Shown one piece after another: positions 24,701 to 39,900 of a DNA stretch of 64,000 nt. Position 1 is the stretch's first letter; every line of letters begins with the position of its first letter. The translations under genes were made by a program, and so were the position numbers. The DNA lies in the NCBI RefSeq assembly GCF_964204645.1, contig NC_134026.1:27934150-27998149 (forward strand), written 5' to 3'. The notes under the pieces are model-generated. The model was not told the DNA's origin and searched no databases. It saw nothing but the letters and a program-made list of their open reading frames with translations. Origin of the DNA: Tubulanus polymorphus. Its lineage: Eukaryota; Animalia; Nemertea.

Positions 24701-27700
24701 TTTTGTCATATTCTCATTCGACCCCCTTGGAATCGTATCATGTAAGTTGTGGCTTTTGTATGTTACAATGCAGCCGTAAGGTTGATTTATATAATCATCT
24801 CTTAATGGTACAAATATTCTTACCTTATTAGGCAAGTTGTCTATGCAACTGATCATTTTGTTCGCATTGTTGAAAATTTACTACATTCGGAAATTAGCGG
24901 TGAACAGCTTTCTAATACAGCAGGTAAGCAGTAGATTATTGATGTCGCAAATGTTAAAACGATTATTAGTCCCAAAATTGCTGCAATCTAAAAAATTTGT
25001 AGGTGCAGTTATGGCAGTAGCACCTATACTAAAAATCGACCCAAATCAAGCACTGCAAGATGCTGAATGGTTCTGGGGTAACATCTCACGAGAAGAAGTG
25101 AATGATAAAATGAGAGATACACCTGATGGATCATTTCTTGTTCGTAATTCACAGTTGTCTCCTGGTGACTATACATTGACTCTCAGGTAATTTGCTATAT
25201 ATCTGGTTTATAGTTGGGAATTGATATTTGATCAATATTATTGTTATTGTTTTATATATTTGACTTAATTGTACAAATTACAGAAAAGGAGGGACTAATA
25301 AACTGATTAAGGTTAACCAGCGAAATGGCAAGTATGGTTTCGTTGAGCCGTTTAACTTTGTTTCTGTTGCCGACTTGGTGAACTTTTATACAGTGCACTC
25401 TTTGGAGTTGTATAATAAACAATTGGATGTCACTTTGAAGTACCCGGTCTCAAGATTTCAGGTTCGTTTTTAATACTTTTAAAAATTTCATAGAATTTTC
25501 ATTTCATCTTGTCTATCAAATACACTAAAAAATGAACTATTTTGATAATTCTAATTTTCTTGTAGGATGCGGAAGAAATAACTAGTAACCCAGAAGTCGT
25601 GGTTGACAGATTAACAGACATCAACATCGATTACATTGAAAAGTTAGCCACGTATGAAAATCTCTATGAACAGAATTCTAAGATGACGCAGGTTAGCATC
25701 CATTCCATGTATATCGTCCATATATTAGTCAATGTGTACCTGTGCTCTGTACTATTTTTTGTGGTAATTTGTAGGAGATTAATCTGAAACACCAGGCACT
25801 GTCAGCTTTTGAAGAAACGATACAGATTTTTCAAGAACAACTGAAGCTTCATGAGCGCTGCCAGCACGAAGCAGCTCCTCTAGAACAGCAAAAGTGAATA
25901 CTATTTACTAAAGTTTGTTGTAATTCGAACCTTTGAAACAACATAATTAAAGATTCTTTTCTAATTTTTCAGACTTCATGAGAACCACAGACTGTTACAA
26001 ACACGAGTGACAGAGATTGTTATGAGCAAAGAGAAATTGGAGGCAAATCTTCAGCAGCAGAATTCAACAATACGTACTCTAATCGGTGAAATGAATGCAT
26101 TAAAACCTGACATAAAACGATTGTACAAACTCAGAGAACAATACAAGAAGTCAGTAACCGTAATGTACATGTATCTATAAATATGAATTGATACATATTG
26201 GAAATAAGCTAATATGATTCTGCTTTCATTTTGTTTCATCAGGTGTTTACGTGATAAAGGTGTAAGTAATGATGAAATTGACAAGATGCTTGAGCGTCAA
26301 GAAAAACCAGAGACAGCTAGAGTTGTGATAGAGTATGTGTTTTATTTAAAAGCTTCTATAATTTTATGAAGATTTAATTTACTTTATAAGGTATCAGCTC
26401 ATTTTCCCACGCCGTTTTCCAGAAAATTTCACATAACTTTTTATTTGATATATGGACGTGTATGTTGCTGTGTATTTGCGTCAATAGCTCTATAGATTTT
26501 AGATTAATCGGTGTTCTCTTCCAGGAAGTAATTTTATTGTAGCCTGTATCGTATAACGTCACATGAAATATGTGTAATTTTTACATGCATTTTAAGCCGT
26601 TATTTATGTATGATTTGAGTATTTTCATAAAATCCATATACGCCAACCACCCTTCATTAAGGTATTACTGTATTACTGTAAAATGCTGTTAACACTACCT
26701 TCATATATTCTGATTAAGATCCATGAAAATAACTCGCTTTGAGCATGAATATTAATGATTATTCTGAATTTCACATGCGTATCGCTGACCTTTTCATTAT
26801 TTCGAATGAACGCAAAAAGCAATTAACATCCTGTTATACTAGAACTGTGGGTTCTAAACTTCTAGTACATATAATGCGTACAGATTCCAATTTGATCATT
26901 GATGATTTGAAGTTTGTATCGATCAGTTAAACGTTGTAAAATATATTTGTGAAGAAGATATTGGATATAGAAATATTAAAGTAGAAATGGGCAGCATGTG
27001 GTTCAAACGGCTTTTCAGATACGATAAACTGAAATCCTGGTAAGAAATGATGTAAAGCTTAAGTTGTTAAGCTTAAGTGCATGTGTACTGATGAATTTGA
27101 CCACAATTTTTTGCTATATTTGCTTCATATTAGAAAATATTTATTTCTTGTCAATGTCTACGCTTTGTTTGTAATAACTGCTGTTTTTTTCTATTCAGCG
27201 ATGTTGAACATATTCCACACTATGACCAGTCAACCTGGTATCAAAATATAGGACGCATAGCAGCTGATCAGTTGCTAGCTAATCGACCGACTGGAACATT
27301 TCTCTTGCGACCTAGTCGTCAACCTGGCTGTATTGCGCTCTCAATCGTGTAAGTTTCATTTTAGTCACTAATCTGATATTGGAACTACATGTATTAGCAA
27401 CAGATTCTTAGTTTCTTAGTTTTGGCAAAACTATTCTTAGTTTTGGCAAAACTAATTCATATAATCTATGTATATCTAATCAATCTCCTTTTTATCGTAT
27501 TTTCAGGGTAAATAATAATGTCGGACATTGTGTGATACAAAAGCGTGATACTGGCTACGGATTTGCTGATCCTTATTTTGTTCATAACACTCTACAAGAT
27601 TTAGTATTACACTATAGACAGACATCTCTGGCTGAACACAATGATCAGTTAGATGTACAACTTCTATATCCTGTTAATGCTCAACAGGAAAGTGTTTATA

Positions 27701-27717
27701 TGGCGCCGTTGAAATAA
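21753..27717 (+). CDS. PIK3R1: Class IA PI3K regulatory subunit (p85-like): SH3-C1-SAM-C1-RhoGAP-nSH2-iSH2-cSH2, ~20 exons
   Basis: SH3 ([29 protein letters not shown]). RhoGAP ([14 protein letters not shown]). nSH2 ([46 protein letters not shown]). Coiled-coil iSH2 ([11 protein letters not shown]). cSH2 ([42 protein letters not shown]). The symbol denotes the family; probably pro-orthologous to PIK3R1/2/3. Confidence 0.93.
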
Positions 27718-29633
27718 TAAACTGTTGAATTGGAGATTTCTATTTTATGTGAGTAAATTTGTGTGTGCCTTAAGGAACTTTGATTCAATACAACGAATGA
27801 AATTTTGTTCTGTATTTATCAACATACACAAAACTTGAGGATAGTGTATAAGCAGAACGCAAGAAAGAGTTTGTGTTTAGTTCCTCAGATTTACGGTGCT
27901 GAGTTGCTCGTTGATGTTCATGACCACCATGTTAGATTCTTGTAGGAATTATTTTGATATATTTTCTGACTTGATTCTATTTGATTGTTCCGGCAATGAA
28001 GTTATGACAAAGATTGTCTGTCAAAGCAATAATCATGTAATTGAGTGATGTACTGCAAAAATGCATTGTAATTTTTACAGTTACCTGTGCTTTGTTTACT
28101 GTATATGGATGAATAGAGCAATAATGTAATCTGCTGTTTGCGCTTGGATTCTCTAGGTTTTATCATAATATTGTAATTCTTAATTTATTGCATTAATTGC
28201 TGAAAGCATCATTCCATAATCACAGAACAAATACGATTACGGTAGATGATTTTGTAGTGAATTATAGAATGAAGTTTGTTGAAAAGTGCTTTGCTTGCTC
28301 TGGTCACCTTTTAATGGTGGCCAAATTCATCCATTTTAAACTGTACATACATTCTTACATCCGTATATACATAATGGTATCGGGCATTGGTTTGTTGAAT
28401 TGCGATTTGTTTGAACTCGACCCAATCTTTTCCATCGCCTTGCCAATACCTATAATATACAGCTGTATCATACATTCCAATTGTTTTTAAGATGCTCCAT
28501 TATTCGTCGTGATCCAATTTAATACAATCTTGACAACACAGCTAGCGGATTAAGGCAAGCGATTTCTGATAATGTCCTGATATCTGTTATTTTTCTTAAT
28601 AAATCGAAGCACATTTTTCGCCTAGGATTGCTCAAAACGCTTATTCATTTGCTACTAATTATTGATTGATTGCCATATATTTTATCTAAACAGAATACCT
28701 TATATATGAATATACGTGTATCTCTTAGTTCATGAATATTCCAGAAATATGTTTTGAGGGTGCTCCTATTTACGGTAAATGTTTTTTCTATTGATATTGT
28801 CTCAAGTGACAGCCTAAAATAGTTTTCAGTGAAGAGAAGATTATTATAATGCGGTTATATCTCCTCCTAATCCAGTATTCATGTAATCACGACTAAAAAA
28901 TTTTATTCTTATCATGAATGAATGAAGACGGTTTGAAATTTATGATTGCCACTAAAGATGAATTCAGACACAATTTACATAAGTGGTCTACTGTATTTCT
29001 TATAAATGTTTTATATATTATAAGAGACTTGTGATATTGTTGTGAAAATTATCACACTGATTAAACTGTCTTGTGTTCTACAGGGAAAATTCACAATTAT
29101 GTCTTTGGTGCTATATCATTAAATATAGATTGTATATGATATTAAAGAGATACTAATAATAAACAAATGTTTGTTAATAAAAGATGTATTGATTTTAGTT
29201 ATTTGTTTCGAGTTCGTTTGCCAGGCTAAGTAGGACATAGGAATTGGATCCAGATCAAGTAATGAATAAGATAGGTTCTTCGATCCTCTTTACAGGACGT
29301 TCTTTCTTGGCGTGATCATTCTGATCGACTGAACAAGGACATCCATACATATCATCACAGTTGATAAATTGTCATTATATTAGCGACCATCCACCTGTCA
29401 CGTGGAGACTAATGAATCATTGACTTCCTTACACCTACCGCATTCAACCTGAATTCATCGTCTTGGGAGGGAAGTTTTACTCTGGAAGTTCGCGTAGAAA
29501 TGACGTTTACTTTTTGTCTACTCCAGTGCGTCTGTAGTAGTTTAGACATCAAACCCATGCACACTTCACATTATGTTCATAATTCAGCCGTGTTTTCTCA
29601 GCAAACCTGGACACATTTTAATTTGATATCTTA

Positions 29634-29642
29634 GACCACCCA
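29634..29642 (+). promoter_or_regulatory. Perfect GLI/Ci binding site GACCACCCA upstream of patched
   Basis: Exact consensus, with the variant GACCATCCA at 29385-29393. patched is the canonical direct GLI/Ci target. Confidence 0.75.
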
Positions 29643-29917
29643 AGATTTTACAGGTTGCTTGGCAAAATGTAGCTTGCGAGGTTATCGTTACTCTTCAGTT
29701 AGTTGCTAGCTGGATGCTTGGCATGCCGTTCGTGTAAATATACTAGTGAATATGTGTGTTTCCTCAGATATAACACAACTCTATCATGAAAGATGCAAGT
29801 CGTCGTGTGTTTCGGCTGGAATAGTGAAATTTACTACATAGCTCTCGATCTAATAAATCGGAATAACACATTTTATTTTGTAAATACGTAATTAAAGTAC
29901 CCCCAGATAGAGGAACG

Positions 29918-29998
29918 ATGGATTATCTCACAGATGTTGATGTTTATAGGGATTATAAAGAATTGGATCTTGGCGTATTCAATGGTTCTTTCTATGAT
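29918..29998 (+). CDS. Putative distal alternative first coding exon of patched (MDYLTDVDVYRDYKELDLGVFNGSFYD)
   Basis: ATG-initiated 27-codon open frame ending exactly at a consensus donor (GAT|gtaagt). It is phase 0, compatible with the acceptor at 31146. Confidence 0.5.
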
Positions 29999-30962
29999 GT
30001 AAGTATTCCCATCGCAAATTTATCTTCTGTTTTCTTTTCGTTAGTTTTGCTAGATTCTTTTAGAAACGCAAGTTAAGAAATATTTATGTATATACACTGA
30101 AAGATGGCGTATGGTTGATCTCGTTTCGAAGAATCGCTTTTCCAATTGCATATCTGGAAAAAAATCCATCAAAACTGCGATCTTTGATGATACACCGGAG
30201 AAATTTGAAACGTCGGGATTCATTTATAAGATTGTGGTTCGAATCGATTCACGATGAATCTATTATTCTTTGTTCATCTTTCCAGACTTTCGGTAGGGTT
30301 TTTTTGTAAAAGAACGATTATAACTTATACATATGTAGATGTTTGACTAAATGGAGTAACCGTTTATATTTTATAACGCACTTAAAAGTACCGATTTTAT
30401 CGAAAAAATACTGAATTCCCCCTTTAATGCGCTACATTTTTCGCCGAAAAATCATGCTCATGTGTGGCACCCTGAACAAATAGATACCAGGGATATGAAT
30501 GTCGGGATATCGGATCCAGTTTCTCATGAATATACGGACATTCAGGGTTTCTGGTTTGTGTTTTCACCGGGGGAAGTATAAAATTTGTTTATGCAAACCG
30601 GTTTCTACTTTCCGTTGCGAGGATGCAGAAGTGAACGCAGTTTTACATTCTGAAGTAGTTTCTAATCTGCAAACTCGCATGTTATTTTCGCGGTTGAGAG
30701 TTCTAAAACATCATCCTGTGTGGTCTTTCCACTCCGGTGAGCTGTTGCCAAGCAACTAATGTAAAACCGATGTTCTGCCAATAGAAATGATGCTGAACAT
30801 CCCATCAATCAACTATTTCCCGTGTTGAGCAGAAGGCGGAGCCAGTTTCTGCCTCTGCTACATTCACTTGTGTAGTATAGTAGTAACGCTGTGTGTATCG
30901 ATACGACGGGATGTTCATACGGATAAATTCATCGAAATTTAGGACTTTATGACGACTGAACT

Positions 30963-33900
30963 ATGGATAGCTGGATTCATCCAGCTTATAGACCCTCCAG
31001 GGTAAGATCCGGGGAGAGGGTATCAAACTACTGATGCCGGGAAGTGATACGGGTTAGAGATCGGGGATACGTGTATTATATATTACTCACTCACGTTCGT
31101 CAGTATACTATATATTCGTACTACGTATGCTATTTTTTTCAATAGGGTTCAACGACAACCACGGGTGATAACAGTTCTGAAATGGATGGACCATCTTGCC
31201 AATATAGAACTAATAGTGACGATGATGCCGAGATTCTCACGAGAACAAGTTGGATTGACGCTCGGGTCGCTCATAGACAGATAGAAAAGGTATGTACCGT
31301 ATCTTTGTGATGTAAAGTACATGAAAAGTTTGATTTGACGTTTCAAATCTTGAGAAAAGAATATCATTGAAAATCTAAGTGCCATAGTCTTGATTGTATA
31401 TTAAATTCATGTCGAACCCAAGAAAGCTTTATTGCATGAATGCACCTTTCAACATTGAATTGTGCTGAAGGCTAATAAAATTCATCTTTGAAATTTCAGG
31501 GTAATGCAGTTGGAAATGTATGTGCTCTAAGACTCAGGATACATTTACAGAGATACCTCTATTTATTAGGATGTACTGTGCAAAAACATTGTGGAAAAGT
31601 TCTATTTGTTGGATTACTAGTTTTATCATTGTGTTGTGTTGGCCTCAAGTCAGCAGTTATTGAGACCGATGTAAAGAATCTGTGGGTTGAAGGTAGGCCT
31701 AATTGTTTTTTCATTATGTGTTATTGAATATCTCACCAGTTTCTTCTTACGGCTTTGAGTGGAGAAGAATGTTTGCAACTGAAAAGTTAAAAATCTTATC
31801 AAAGTCTTCTCTCGAGGCAGGCGCATTTCATTCATCGTTGGTATCACAATATTGTATTACTAGATGAAGTATTGGATTCACGAATGGAAAATGAATCACA
31901 TGCTGTTTATAATCTGTTGTGTGAATGCGTGTGCGTGTATGTGTGTGGTCTTGCTTTGCAATTGAACTATTTATCTTCTTGAAATAACCCCATCCAACCT
32001 TGAAAAATATCTAAATCTTCTGGCTGCGGATTAAATCTAGAGTAACTTCAGAAATTTGCATTAGTTTCTTACCTCATTTAGATTACTATAACGCGTCTAT
32101 TCATAAATCAAGATTCTTTTACCAAGAGTATGATATTGTCCATCAGTGGCTGCTCAGTTCATTGAATGATGTAATATATATTTTTTCTTAATTTTTTGGT
32201 ACTTCTTGTGTAAAAGTATATGAGTTGGAGAAGTATAGTAGAATATCTGTGATTAGAACTTCCTATCCTTCTGTATTTACTGAAACAACTTGGTGCAATG
32301 AAGGTGAACTCTTGTGTGGTCCAGATGGACTGATAAAAATTTCCACTCGCAATCAGTACTACTATAGGTGCTGTAAGCTGAAAATAGTATATCTTTAGTG
32401 CAACGAGATAGAAACTGCTTTTCCCAGAATTCTAAGACTTCTGATGTAAATAAGAAAAATGTCCAAAATATCATTAATGGCATAAAACTTTGGTTTTGAC
32501 TAAGTTGAAGTGTGCCCGCGGGCTAGTTATGTCTCCTAAATGGCTGCTTTATGCAAGAAAAAATCCTTTACTTATTACAAATGTGCATTATCTTGGCTGA
32601 AAATATTGAGGACATTTTTTTGTTTCATTTGAATGTAGTTGCTTAGAGATATGAAGCGAACAATCTTATGAATGAATTTGAAATTTTATCAAAAACTCAA
32701 GTATTAAAGGTGTAACAGATATATATGTATCAGTTGAAGCTTGAAGCAGGCAGATGAGATGGAGTCAGGACAGAAATCATTTACAAAAAGATATCTTCAT
32801 ACAATTGTAGAGCATTAAATGTGACATTATGCAAAGTTTTGGATGCTGTACATATATATCTGTAAATTGTATACCTAGTGTTGGTTATAGCTTATATATC
32901 ACAATCATGGCTCCAGACTGCTTTCAAATAATGATAAGGACCACATTCATATACAATGTAACATTTTTGTCGGTTGGTTGTTGATCATGTCAATAGCACA
33001 ACAATCCTCGATGTATGTCTTCATTTACCATTTCTGTTTAAATTCGTTGGTGGCCTGGCTTATTATGACGAATTTTTGATCTAGAACTGATAGATTGATA
33101 GATAAACTCCTTCTTACTGTCGCCTTTTACAATACCATATAAGTGAATTTTTGTGTTGTTTTTTTTCAGATGGGGGTAGATTACAAAAAGAACTACAATA
33201 TACTGAAAAAATATTAGGACTGGGTAGTGGCACAACGAGTGAACTAATTATACAGACACCTCATAATAATGGATTAAATAGTAATAATAATATATTGACA
33301 GCAGCATCATTTTTATTACATTTGAAAGCAGTGAAGGCTGCAACTCAAGTAGAAGTTGATTTATATGGAAGGTCAGTAGCTGTTTTATGTATCGTAAAAT
33401 TAAGGAGATTTCCAAATAGTTTTGCTATTTATTGTCATTATACACCTCTCACCGAAAATAAGTGACATATTTTTACCCATTCTGTATTTCGAAACGCTCC
33501 CACAATACTCAGATTGCTTCATCAATTTCTAAAGATCACTGCCTTTCTCTGAAATTGAATAGTTCTCAGCTTGTAGTATTTGCATCGATTTTCAGTTTGT
33601 ATAGAAACCGAAAGTATGTGGTTCAAGTGTTGCTTGCCCCAGAAAATGTAGATATTTAGATTCCAACTATGCCTACATGCAGGAAGGGGATGTTATCGAA
33701 ATACCACCCAAGTTTTCTAACAACTTAGGTGGTCTCTACATGTTTATTTAAACTTCTTTCATTACATTTTACAACATGCAGAATTCCCGTGTATATGTAT
33801 ATACATACTATCATGAACAGTTAGTTTATTAATCATTTGCTGTCCATCCCTTGATTCGTAGTTCTTCTGTTACTTAAATGCCATAGAAATTATTCCCGCT

Positions 33901-36900
33901 CCTCCAGTTCCTCTTTGCTTATAAGAATCGATTTCCTTCATTTCAGAACTTGGAAATTCAGAGATATTTGTTTCGTACCGAGTGTTCCAAGTTTTGAGAA
34001 TAATTTTTTTGATCGTGTAAGTATTAAGTGGATGATGTTCGATTCTTGTTGAACGTAAAAGTCGAATAAATGCAAATCCAAATCATTACAAATTCTCTCT
34101 CTTTCATACCCAGATTTTAGATAAACTTATACCATGCGTAGTTATTTCACCATTGGATTGTTTTTGGGAAGGATCAAAGGTCCTCGGTGAACAAGGTGTA
34201 TATATTCCGTAAGTCTCCATTCTGAAGTGCTCGTACAACTTTGGAATTACGATCGAATTATTCATGTAAATGTAATTGTACCTTTATAGCGGGTATCCAG
34301 AGGCGATGAAGTGGTCAAATCTTCACCCGAGAAAGATGTTTGAGACAATGAAACGTTCAGGATTTCACTTTCCGTCAGCTGCAATTGAGGACGCTTTAAA
34401 TCGAGTTAGTTTTATTTAGAAAAAAACATCATGTTTTAATCGAAATTGAAGCTGAAGTTAAGTGTGATACTTATGAATTCCGGATTTTAGGTGGGTGTTA
34501 CAAGTGGATATCAAGAGAAACAATGCCTCAACCCATTTGATCCGAAATGTCCCATTTCAGCGCCTAATAAACATTCAAAAAAGGTAAAAATAGTTAACAA
34601 CGAGTATAGTAAATATCGTTCATTTTCTGACTGATACTTTAAAGGGTAACATAATTCTTATAAATGCAGTTGCCAAATATTGGTGCTGAAGTAACAAATG
34701 GGTGTCATGGATTTGCTGCAAATTACATGCATTGGCAGGAAGATCTGATATTGGGTGGAGTGAAGAAAAACAAGACCGGACATGTGGTCAGGTATGTAAT
34801 GCTGGGATAGTGGCATCTGTAAGAAAATCGATTTAAAAACGCTTATGTTTTTCATATCTATATCGAACAGGGCTGAAGCTCTTCAGACAATCGTGCGACT
34901 GATGGGTGCGAAGGATATGTATGATTTTTACAGCGATGACTACACGATCATACACAATATCGACTGGACGCAGGAAAAAGCTGAGAAAGTACTCGAGACC
35001 TGGCAGCGAAAGTTTACAATCGCCGTCAATAAAGTGATGAACGAAACGACGAAAGACGATGTTTACTCATTTTCGACCGTCACACTGTTTGATCTGATAA
35101 ATGATTTCTCTCAATTAAGTCTCGTTCGAGTATTATTTGGCTACGTTCTAATGGTAAGTTCACACTAGATGCGATTGCCAAAGAGCTAGATTGTTTACAC
35201 GCGAGAACTCCCTGTATTACTCTGAATTAATAAAAAAAACTAAGTTAACTACATGTACTTTTCGTAGTAGATTAGCTATGGTATTACCTTGATTGTACTG
35301 AATGAATGACATTGATAATTGTAAGTAATGGATTATTTGATTTGATTACAGTTGATATATGCGTGTATATCACTGCTCAGATGGACAGATGCGATTAAAT
35401 CACAGAGTGGTATCGGTGTCGCCGGAGTTCTTCTAGTCGCTTTATCTGTCGCTGCTGGTCTTGGGATATGTTCAGTGCTTGGAATCACATTCAACGCTTC
35501 AACTACTCAGGTATATATATATATATATATAGTATATATGATATGTATGTATAAAACTTAGATTGAACTTTTAGTTTTTATTCACATCGATTAGTTGTGA
35601 TTGAAGTGATTTATCGGTGCCTTTATTATAATGTTACGCTTGATGGGCTGTAAATATTTGTAACTTTCCATCTGGTGTATGTTTATGATAACTGTCACTA
35701 CTGCGAGGAATAGTATCCTTTGTTGATAAACAATGTATGTAGGAAGATAGATCTAAAACTGACTAGAGTTGGTGGTCATTATGTATGTAGTATTTCATTA
35801 TACACAGCTTATAGTAATGTGTAAAAAACATTCAAGAAAGCCATCAAATTTTTATTTTTACATTTTGTATATATATATAGAGTATGTTTTGACATGAACC
35901 TACTTTGTATGCGGTGTGGTTTGAATCTGTTTAGTGCTTTTATGCAATAACAATGTTGTACATGAAAAAGCATCTCGGCAGTAAACTATAAACCGGTTAC
36001 CTGTTGAGAGAGCATCTGAATCAGCCTTCCTCTACCTGAATTCGAGCTAATTGCCAGTGTAAGAATATCCTTGCAATCTATTTACGCGTATAAAAATTTG
36101 AAGCAATAAAACCGTTTGTGATGAAAGGTCGTCGAAGATATTTAAGGTTATTCGAGAGATAAAGCGAATTTTTCAAGATAAATGTGTTTTCATTATCAAA
36201 TTCAGTGAGTTTGGTGTTTGAAGATGGAAGTTGGCATTTTGCAATTTCAGGGGTCTCCATGGGTCGAGGACTGACAAATTTGATATTGCTACTCATTAAA
36301 GAACAAAAGTAGCTATCATGGGAGGTCTTGCATTCATGTACAACGAAGTAGCCAGCATTCCTAAGGCATAACTTCAGCTACATTCTCTGTACTAAATGCA
36401 CAGATGTTGCCTTGTCATTATCTGCTACATGTACAAATAACTACACGCCAAACACTTTGAATTTGTTTAGGTAAATGTAGGTGAAAAGAGATGCCTCCTC
36501 AGGTGTATAGGTTGACTAATACTGTATAGTGATAAATTTTGACAAATTGAGCATTTTATTTTTTTTGTGGTCGTCATTCCTCAGTGAGAAAGATAGATAA
36601 ATAAAGTTGTGTTTAGTTATCCTTGGATTGGTAAACCAAAGAATGTTTTAAATTGTGTAAAAGTGTAAAAGGGTAAATAGATAGACCAAATAGATATTGT
36701 GTATTGTGGAGTGAGCATTATGGATACTGACACGAGGCTATGAGAAATTTAAAATAAAGCGTAATTTTCCCTTGTTTTAATAATATTTTTGTATTTCATT
36801 TTCAGATTCTGCCATTTCTAGCATTAGGATTAGGCGTTGACGATATATTTCTGATAGCCCATACATTTGCAGAAAATACAAACAAAATGGATATTCCGTA

Positions 36901-39900
36901 TTCTGTGAGTATCTCTATCCAATTTATTATATGAATTATGAATTTTTTGAGAGAAAGTTTAGATACATTATTAGACAATCCTCTACAGTTATGATCCAGT
37001 TTGGAATAACTTTTCGCTAATGATTTCTCCAATTTGAATTGGGGGTATTTTAGACTTTTTACTAGTTTGAACTAATTGAGAAATTTAAAAAATCTAGGTT
37101 AGGCCTACATTTCGTAAGAGTGTTATTTGCACATCATTATCTGATGGGAGGCTAATGGCTATGGTGAGAGTTGTGTATTTTTACAGTAGATGTTTCTGCT
37201 TCGAACTGAGGTTTTCACATTTTTCTATTCACTAATGAAGGAGGATGTATTTCTCTTTTTGGGATCAGTTTGCAGAATGGAAATATCTTCAAAATGCTTC
37301 ACATGCCATTCCTTGTGCTATCTACCTTTGTTTGCCTGTGATTCTGAAATGCATGGTATTCATTTTGCGCGAGCAGTGATTATTTTGTATGGCAATCTTT
37401 TCCCTTTTGTCCTTCAAAAAACATGGAGTATTGTGCAATGATTTTCGATTTGGTTGATGTTCTAAACAAAATCTACACTTTTCAATCCTACTCGGTACAT
37501 AAAATGAAGTTGTTAGTTGTGGGTAGATAGTCATCTCAATTACTATCAGTAGCTCAATGTGAACGTGTACAAATTTACAAATGCTAAACAAATATTAACT
37601 AGATAAGAAAGGATTTTACTCATTTTGTTTTATACGTACGTACATCTCTCATGAAGAGATCTGTTGTTATTGCACCTCGATTACTGTTTAGTAACTTCCA
37701 ACCATTCTTTCTACTTTTTTTTGCTTCAAAGGATTTATAAATTTTGAATTGGTAAGTTTTTCAGTAAAGAATGGTCTAAGCCCATCTTTTGTTGTAGGAA
37801 ACAGGTGTATCCCCAATTGCTATGATTTCTAATCTTGGTTATCCATTTTTCCAGGAGCAATCTGGAGAATGCTTAAAAAGGACTGGTGTGAGTGTCTTGT
37901 TAACATCGATCAGTAATGCTTGTGCTTTTTTTATGGCAGCAGTTATTCCTATCCCTGCATTACGAGCTTTTTCTCTACAGGTAAGTAACACCGGTATGTA
38001 ACCACCAATTCAGCTAAAAGAATGGGAAAGAAATGTACGAAGATATGATAAAGCCTCATCTGATTCAGAATTTATGTCATTCTTAAGTAGCGGTGTATTA
38101 TATGCATTTAGAAGAAAGTTATTGTTTTTCTTTCAGGCAGCATTATTAATCTTATTCAATTTGGCTAGTTCTCTTCTGATATTCCCTGCTATTGTAAGCT
38201 TGGATTTGATCAGACAAGAAGAGAAGAGAGTTGATGTTTTCTGTTGCTTTGTTGGGTGAGTAGCCAGAAGTAGTAAAGAAAGATTATAACATTCCTAATA
38301 GAGAGTGTCTCTTATTCTTCTAAAACTATAACCACGCGTTTATACGCTCAACAGGTCAAATGCAAATCGTGTAATAGAACTACAGCCACAAAATTTCCAG
38401 TCATCAGTTGGTGAAGATGCTCGACGAGAGAGTCCACCACCTCCATACACAGTTCATCAGGCTGTGACACATGCTGCTCCAGGTCCTGGTCAACATCCAC
38501 ACACAGTTCTAGTCGATCCGATACCAACTATTTCACGATGGAGTACAATCGGAAACATACCCCATCCACCATCATTATCAGGTGCGTTTTACATCATCAT
38601 TCGGCTGAAAACAATATTCCATTTCGAGATTATATGTATATCATATCGTCTATATATGTATGTTGTAGCGTCATCGTCCACTACTTCATCGCGGCATCAT
38701 TTAACAGGAGATGACGGTATGACGTTGACAGAACGCTGCTCAAAAACACATCAAGAAATCTGTTCATGGACGCTTACAGCATTTGCTAAAAATATATACG
38801 GCCCATTATTGGAGAAAACCCCGGTGAAAGTAAGTGCTATCGTAATATGTAATATCCTTATGAATTGTGACTCTACAATAAGCTTGAAATGAAATACTAA
38901 AGCAATCATTTCTCTTCTTCGTTTTTAGATTCTAGTCATTGTATGTTTTTCACTTCTCCTGAGCATCAGTATATTTGGCATGACTAAAGTGGAGGATGGT
39001 TTGGATTTGACTGATATAGTCCCCCGTCATACTACAGAATATCAGTTCCTTTCAACCCAATCCAAGTACTTTGGATTCTACCAAATTTTCATCGTGACTA
39101 AGGTAAAATACTTTTTTCTATCATTCTAAAAGTATCCCATGCTAAGTCACTCCTACTCCACCCCATCCTATACTGGTACCGGTATATTGTATAGGTACAT
39201 ATAGAATATATCAATTTGAAAATTCATTGTCATTTGTGGCACATTGTGCGTTTGGCCTTTGACAAGAAATCTTCGTCAACATATTTTAGTACAATTTCAT
39301 TCCACTTATTCTACCTGTAGGCTGATTTTGATTATGCGAAGAACCAGAAGCTTCTATATCAACATCATAAAGCATTTCAACGTGTCTCTAAAATCATCAA
39401 AAAAGAAGATGGCACTCTGCCAGACTTTTGGTTAGAAATATTCCGTCAGTGGGTTGCAGGTAAGTGGTTTGTTACACCAATGACTGATCTTAAGAATGAC
39501 CAGTTTCTGAGCTTAAAAAGAGGTTTGAATGATTTATATCTCTATTCTATAAGATTGGGATTTCTTTTCATGTGAATTCGTATTGCTATTTTCTAGGTTT
39601 GCAGCACTCATTTGATAAGGATGTAGCAAGAGGGTGTATAGTGAAAGATCGCTGGTATTCGAATGCTTCAGACGAAGGCGTCCTTGGTTATAAACTAATG
39701 CTTCAAACTGGTGATTTAAATAATCCAACTGACAAGAACAATGTAAGTGTGACACTTCTTTCAATCAAACTGCCCTCAAATATACACAAATCGCTTAATA
39801 TTTTGTAAATCATCATCATTTTTTAGGTTATGAGTAATAGGTTGGTAAGAGAAGATATCATCAATGAAAAGGCATTTTATAATTATCTGACTGCATGGGT

